A stretch of DNA of 62,934 nucleotides, counting the filler, from Lenisia limosa (taxonomy: Eukaryota > Protista > Breviatea): the NCBI GenBank assembly GCA_001655205.1. It is 14 parts of 14 records of this genome, joined end to end, with 100 filler letters (N's around TTAATTAATTAA, not from the genome) between each part and the next. Parts side by side here need not be neighbours in the genome. Positions count along the whole stretch, not along the records: positions 59,264 to 61,546 come from LPNZ01011278.1; positions 61,647 to 62,934 come from LPNZ01003058.1; 12 more parts are not named here. The stretch is one strand, 5' to 3'. Shown one piece after another: positions 59,535-62,934 of the stretch. A program made the position numbers and the translations under genes. The stretch's first letter is position 1, and every line of letters starts with the position of its first letter. Under the pieces are notes generated by a model. It was not told the DNA's origin and searched no databases. It saw only the letters and a program-made list of their open reading frames with translations.

Positions 59535-61441
59535 CTAACAAGTACCCGATCAGAAGTTGCTGCATACGAGTTTACTACTTTGACTTGTGTTCCTGGTGGG
59601 GAGGGANNNNNNNNNNNNNNNNNNNNNNNNNNNNNNNNNNNNNNNNNNNNNNNNNNNNNNNNNNNNNNNNNNNNNNNNNNNNAATCCCAAAACTATGAAT
59701 AGGACCATGAATAGGACCATGAATAGGACGGGACCTTTCTCATTTGGGTGAGCTTCCAACTTCAGACAGTTAGGGCTTCCTCCTGGTCCTAAAAAAAAAG
59801 ATTCCCTGAATAATATCGATCTTTTACCTTTCATTTTCTGACAAATACGGTTTTACTGCCTTTACGGTCCCACAATAGATGCCCGATAAATGGCGATATT
59901 TTTATTGTCGTTTCATGGAAATTCGGCTTATTCCCATCTTTAACTTACTTTAATGGAATTTATGGTGATTTGTTTATGGTGCAGTCCTCAATTTTAAAAA
60001 TTTACTTGCTCAAAAAAAAACACAATAATAACACCATAGGCGTTATCAACTACAAGGGCTCCCGCATCCAACTTCTCGATCTTCCCGGTATCATTGAAGG
60101 TGCCAAGGACGGCAAGGGTAGAGGAAGACAAGTAAGGGGGGGGGGGGGANNNNNNNNNNNNNNNNNNNNNNNNNNNNNNNNNNNNNNNNNNNNNNNNNNN
60201 NNNNNNNNNNTATGATTCATAGTTAGGGCTTCATTTCGGTTAAAAAAAAGACTGAAATTCTTGATAAATCCTCGAAAACTACCGATATTTTCCCGAACCG
60301 AAGTGAAGCCTTATTCATAGTACGGCCAGATGATACCTTTTTTTTTATAATTTCATCTCTACTCTAGTTAGGGCTTCACTTCAGTTTGAAAAATCCCGGT
60401 AAAATATCGATAGTTTCGAGGATTTATCGAGGAATTCAGTCTTTTTTCGAATCGAAGTGAAGCCCTAACACTAGTTTATAAATAATATGGTATGCAGTCT
60501 TTTTTGGTACCGTAGGGAGTCCCTCAGTATCACAATATTTCCATTTTTACATCCATTTTTACTCACCCCCAAAACCCAAAAGAGTTCACTTTGTGAAATT
60601 TTCCATTCTTACACGGGTGGCTTTGTTTTGTTGTTCTCAACCCCTGTGTTTTGTCAGCCAACAGTTGATTTGAGCTTTTATTTGTTTCATAAATTGTCCA
60701 ATTTTACATCCCCCCCNNNNNNNNNNNNNNNNNNNNNNNNNNNNNNNNNNNNNNNNNNNNNNNNNNNNNNNNNNNNNNNNNNNNNNNNNNNNNNNNNNNN
60801 NNNNNNNNNNNNNNNNNNNNNNNNNNNNNNNNNNNNNNNNNNNNNNNNNNNNNNNNNNNNNNNNNNNNNNNNNNNNNNNNNNCGCCCGGACCTGTGACGT
60901 CATCATGATTGTGCTGGATGCTGTCAAGCCCATGACTCATAAGCGTCTTATTGAGGTGGGGAGGAGGTACTTCATAGGGCTTCACTTCGCTTCAAAAAAT
61001 AAGAGAATTTCGCGATAAATCCAGCCCTATGCTTCAGTCTGAAGATGAATGGATTTTTCGATAAATCCTCGATAAATATCGATATATCACCCTCCAGAGT
61101 GATGGGAGGCGGTGCTGCAGNNNNNNNNNNNNNNNNNNNNNNNNNNNNNNNNNNNNNNNNNNNNNNNNNNNNNNNNNNNNNNNNNNNNNNNNNNNNNNNN
61201 NNNNNNNNNNNNNNNNNNNNNNNNNNNNNNNNNNNNNNNNNNNNNNNNNNNNNNNNNNNNNNNNNNNNNNNNNNNNNNNNNNNNNNNNNNNNNNNNNNNN
61301 CCTTGACAGAAGGAACTCGAGGGATTCGGAATTCGTCTCAACAAGAAACCTGCAAACATCTACTTCTCCCGCAAGGACAAGGGTGGTATCGCCTTCTCTC
61401 ACACCTGCAACCCCACACATCTCAACTCAGACATCGTCAAA
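59535..61441 (+). CDS. DRG1: Developmentally regulated GTP-binding protein 1 (OBG family), internal exons
   Basis: Exons 59535-59595, 60040-60131, about 60883-60955 and 61310-61441 give [104 protein letters not shown]. Confidence 0.96.
60369..60470. mobile_element. Family B MITE, about 100 bp, TIR TAGGGCTTCACTTCGGTTCGAAAAAA (representative copy)
   Basis: TIR-bounded, TA at both ends, in both orientations. Copies or remnants at about 7197, 9995, 10848, 18030, 22765, 23165, 25775, 33325, 55640, 59440, 59772, 60224, 60369, 60975 and 62770. Confidence 0.9.
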
Positions 61442-61692
61442 GTGAGATGGAGTCTTGTGTGTGATGGTGTTGTTTATTGTACCAGTTTTAGCGTTGGTTG
61501 CTCATGTTTGTTATTGCCTGATTTTTTTTTTTTTGGTTTTTCAGATNNNNNNNNNNNNNNNNNNNNNNNNNNNNNNNNNNNNNNNNNNNNTTAATTAATT
61601 AANNNNNNNNNNNNNNNNNNNNNNNNNNNNNNNNNNNNNNNNNNNNAATGCTTAGACAACAGAGTAATCAACTCTCCATTTCACTCCTCAAG

Positions 61693-62754
61693 GTGGCACA
61701 ATGGAGGCTTATGACGGGTTTTCGACCCAGTCAACATTCCTGCTTGATGATGGGACAGGATTTCATCCCTCACCATCACCAGGTACCAGGATGCAACAGT
61801 GACATTTTTTTATTATTATTATTTCTCCATACGGCATATTACATCACTCTTCAAAGGCTGGCTCGAGCTTATTTTTTTGTTTTTATCATCTGGTTTTGTC
61901 AAGATTTAGCGTTTGTTGTTTGTTTGGAGTTTTAGAATTCGTTTCGTGATTAGTACCTTTACGCCAATATTCTTCATTGAAATTTCCTTCGTTCCAACCC
62001 CCCACCCCCAAGGCCCTGGATTGGACATATTCCGGCGGCACACGTCCCTCCCGCTGCCTGATGCCCTCCGAGCCCGAAGTAATTCGCCGATCATGCCGCT
62101 TGATCTGGAGTTTCCTTCGTGAGATGGGGGTGTGTGGTGATGGTTGATGTTTGTGAAGATGCTATCTATGTGAGGATTGTGTTTTATTTTCCTATTAAAC
62201 TTTAATCCACTATAATCCACTATCTTATATTAGCGTGATGATGTGGACGGCTTCGGTCAGATACTATAGTCCAATATCTCTAATAAGCATGATGGTGTGG
62301 ACGGCTTATATGCGATACAGCCTTGTTTTATTTCTCATCTCTATGAACCTTATTTTTATTTCTCATTTGTCCAGAGACGCGTTCAATGAAATGATTGATA
62401 TTCCCGATATGGAATGCGACATGCCGACTTTTGATGTTTTGGTGGGAGGAGTAAATGTAATCAAAATCTGAAGATGGTTATGATGTGTATTGTCAGCCAA
62501 CAGAGTTGATTTAGGCTTCTTTTTTTTTGTTGTTTCATAAATTTTCCAATTTACCGCCCTCCCTCCAGGAACTACCAGAGCCCTCAGTCCTGCCGGCCTT
62601 CAATCACGTATCTGTCGCTGCCCCTATCACCAATCCATGCGCCCTCACAATCGAGTCGCTCCATCCCCTGGTAAAACACCTCGCAACCGTGAAGGACGTT
62701 TTCCAGCCCCGACTTTTGCTTCCATGGAGACCCCCTTTTTCGGGAAATCAAATG
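61693..62754 (+). CDS. Unidentified Pro/Ser-rich protein, internal exons
   Basis: Exons GGTMEAYDGFSTQSTFLLDDGTGFHPSPSP / GPGLDIFRRHTSLPLPDALRARSNSPIMPLDLEFPS / DAFNEMIDIPDMECDMPTFD / ELPEPSVLPAFNHVSVAAPITNPC...GNQM, bounded by GT-AG. Confidence 0.6.
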
Positions 62755-62934
62755 GTAGGTGGGCGATTCCTTCGGTCTGGTAAAATATCGCCAGTTTTCG
62801 AGGATTTATCGAGAAATTAAGTCTTTTTTTGAACCGAAGTGAAACCCTAGTGGGTGCTCACCATACTATTGAGTGTGATTGTTGATCTCAACTCTCGTGT
62901 GTTGTCAGCCAACAGATTTGATTTTTTTTTTTTT

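Overview
Eukaryotic nuclear DNA, not prokaryotic. The window is 14 short draft scaffolds joined by artificial N-TTAATTAATTAA-N linkers. The organism is probably a flagellated microbial eukaryote (CCDC40-like gene) using the standard code; I cannot name the taxon. Manual splicing recovers recognisable genes: beta-adaptin, an SK/KCNN-like K+ channel, a sacsin/NO VEIN GHKL ATPase, a DHX16/Prp2-like helicase fragment, a double B-box coiled-coil protein, eIF4E, a prokaryote-type DUF89 phosphatase, a dCache receptor cyclase with degenerate catalytic residues, a secreted Cys-rich repeat protein, a RanBP2-ZnF nucleoporin-like protein, CCDC40 and DRG1. There are also low-complexity and coiled-coil proteins and an internally deleted non-LTR retroelement. 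Introns fall into two classes: tiny ones (about 26-60 nt) and longer ones that open with a G-run after GT, close with a C-run before AG, and contain at least six dispersed repeat families. Three observations stand out. (1) Two consecutive mini-introns in the DEAH splicing-helicase fragment restore the conserved protein only as GT...TG introns. (2) A hairpin-containing cassette is locked in sense orientation against 3' splice sites of many unrelated genes (introner-like or splicing-element-like). (3) A UUCG-capped hairpin repeat has a 3' arm complementary to the U2 snRNA branch-recognition region. Exon boundaries are hand-derived and unverified by RNA data, and copy-list coordinates are approximate.
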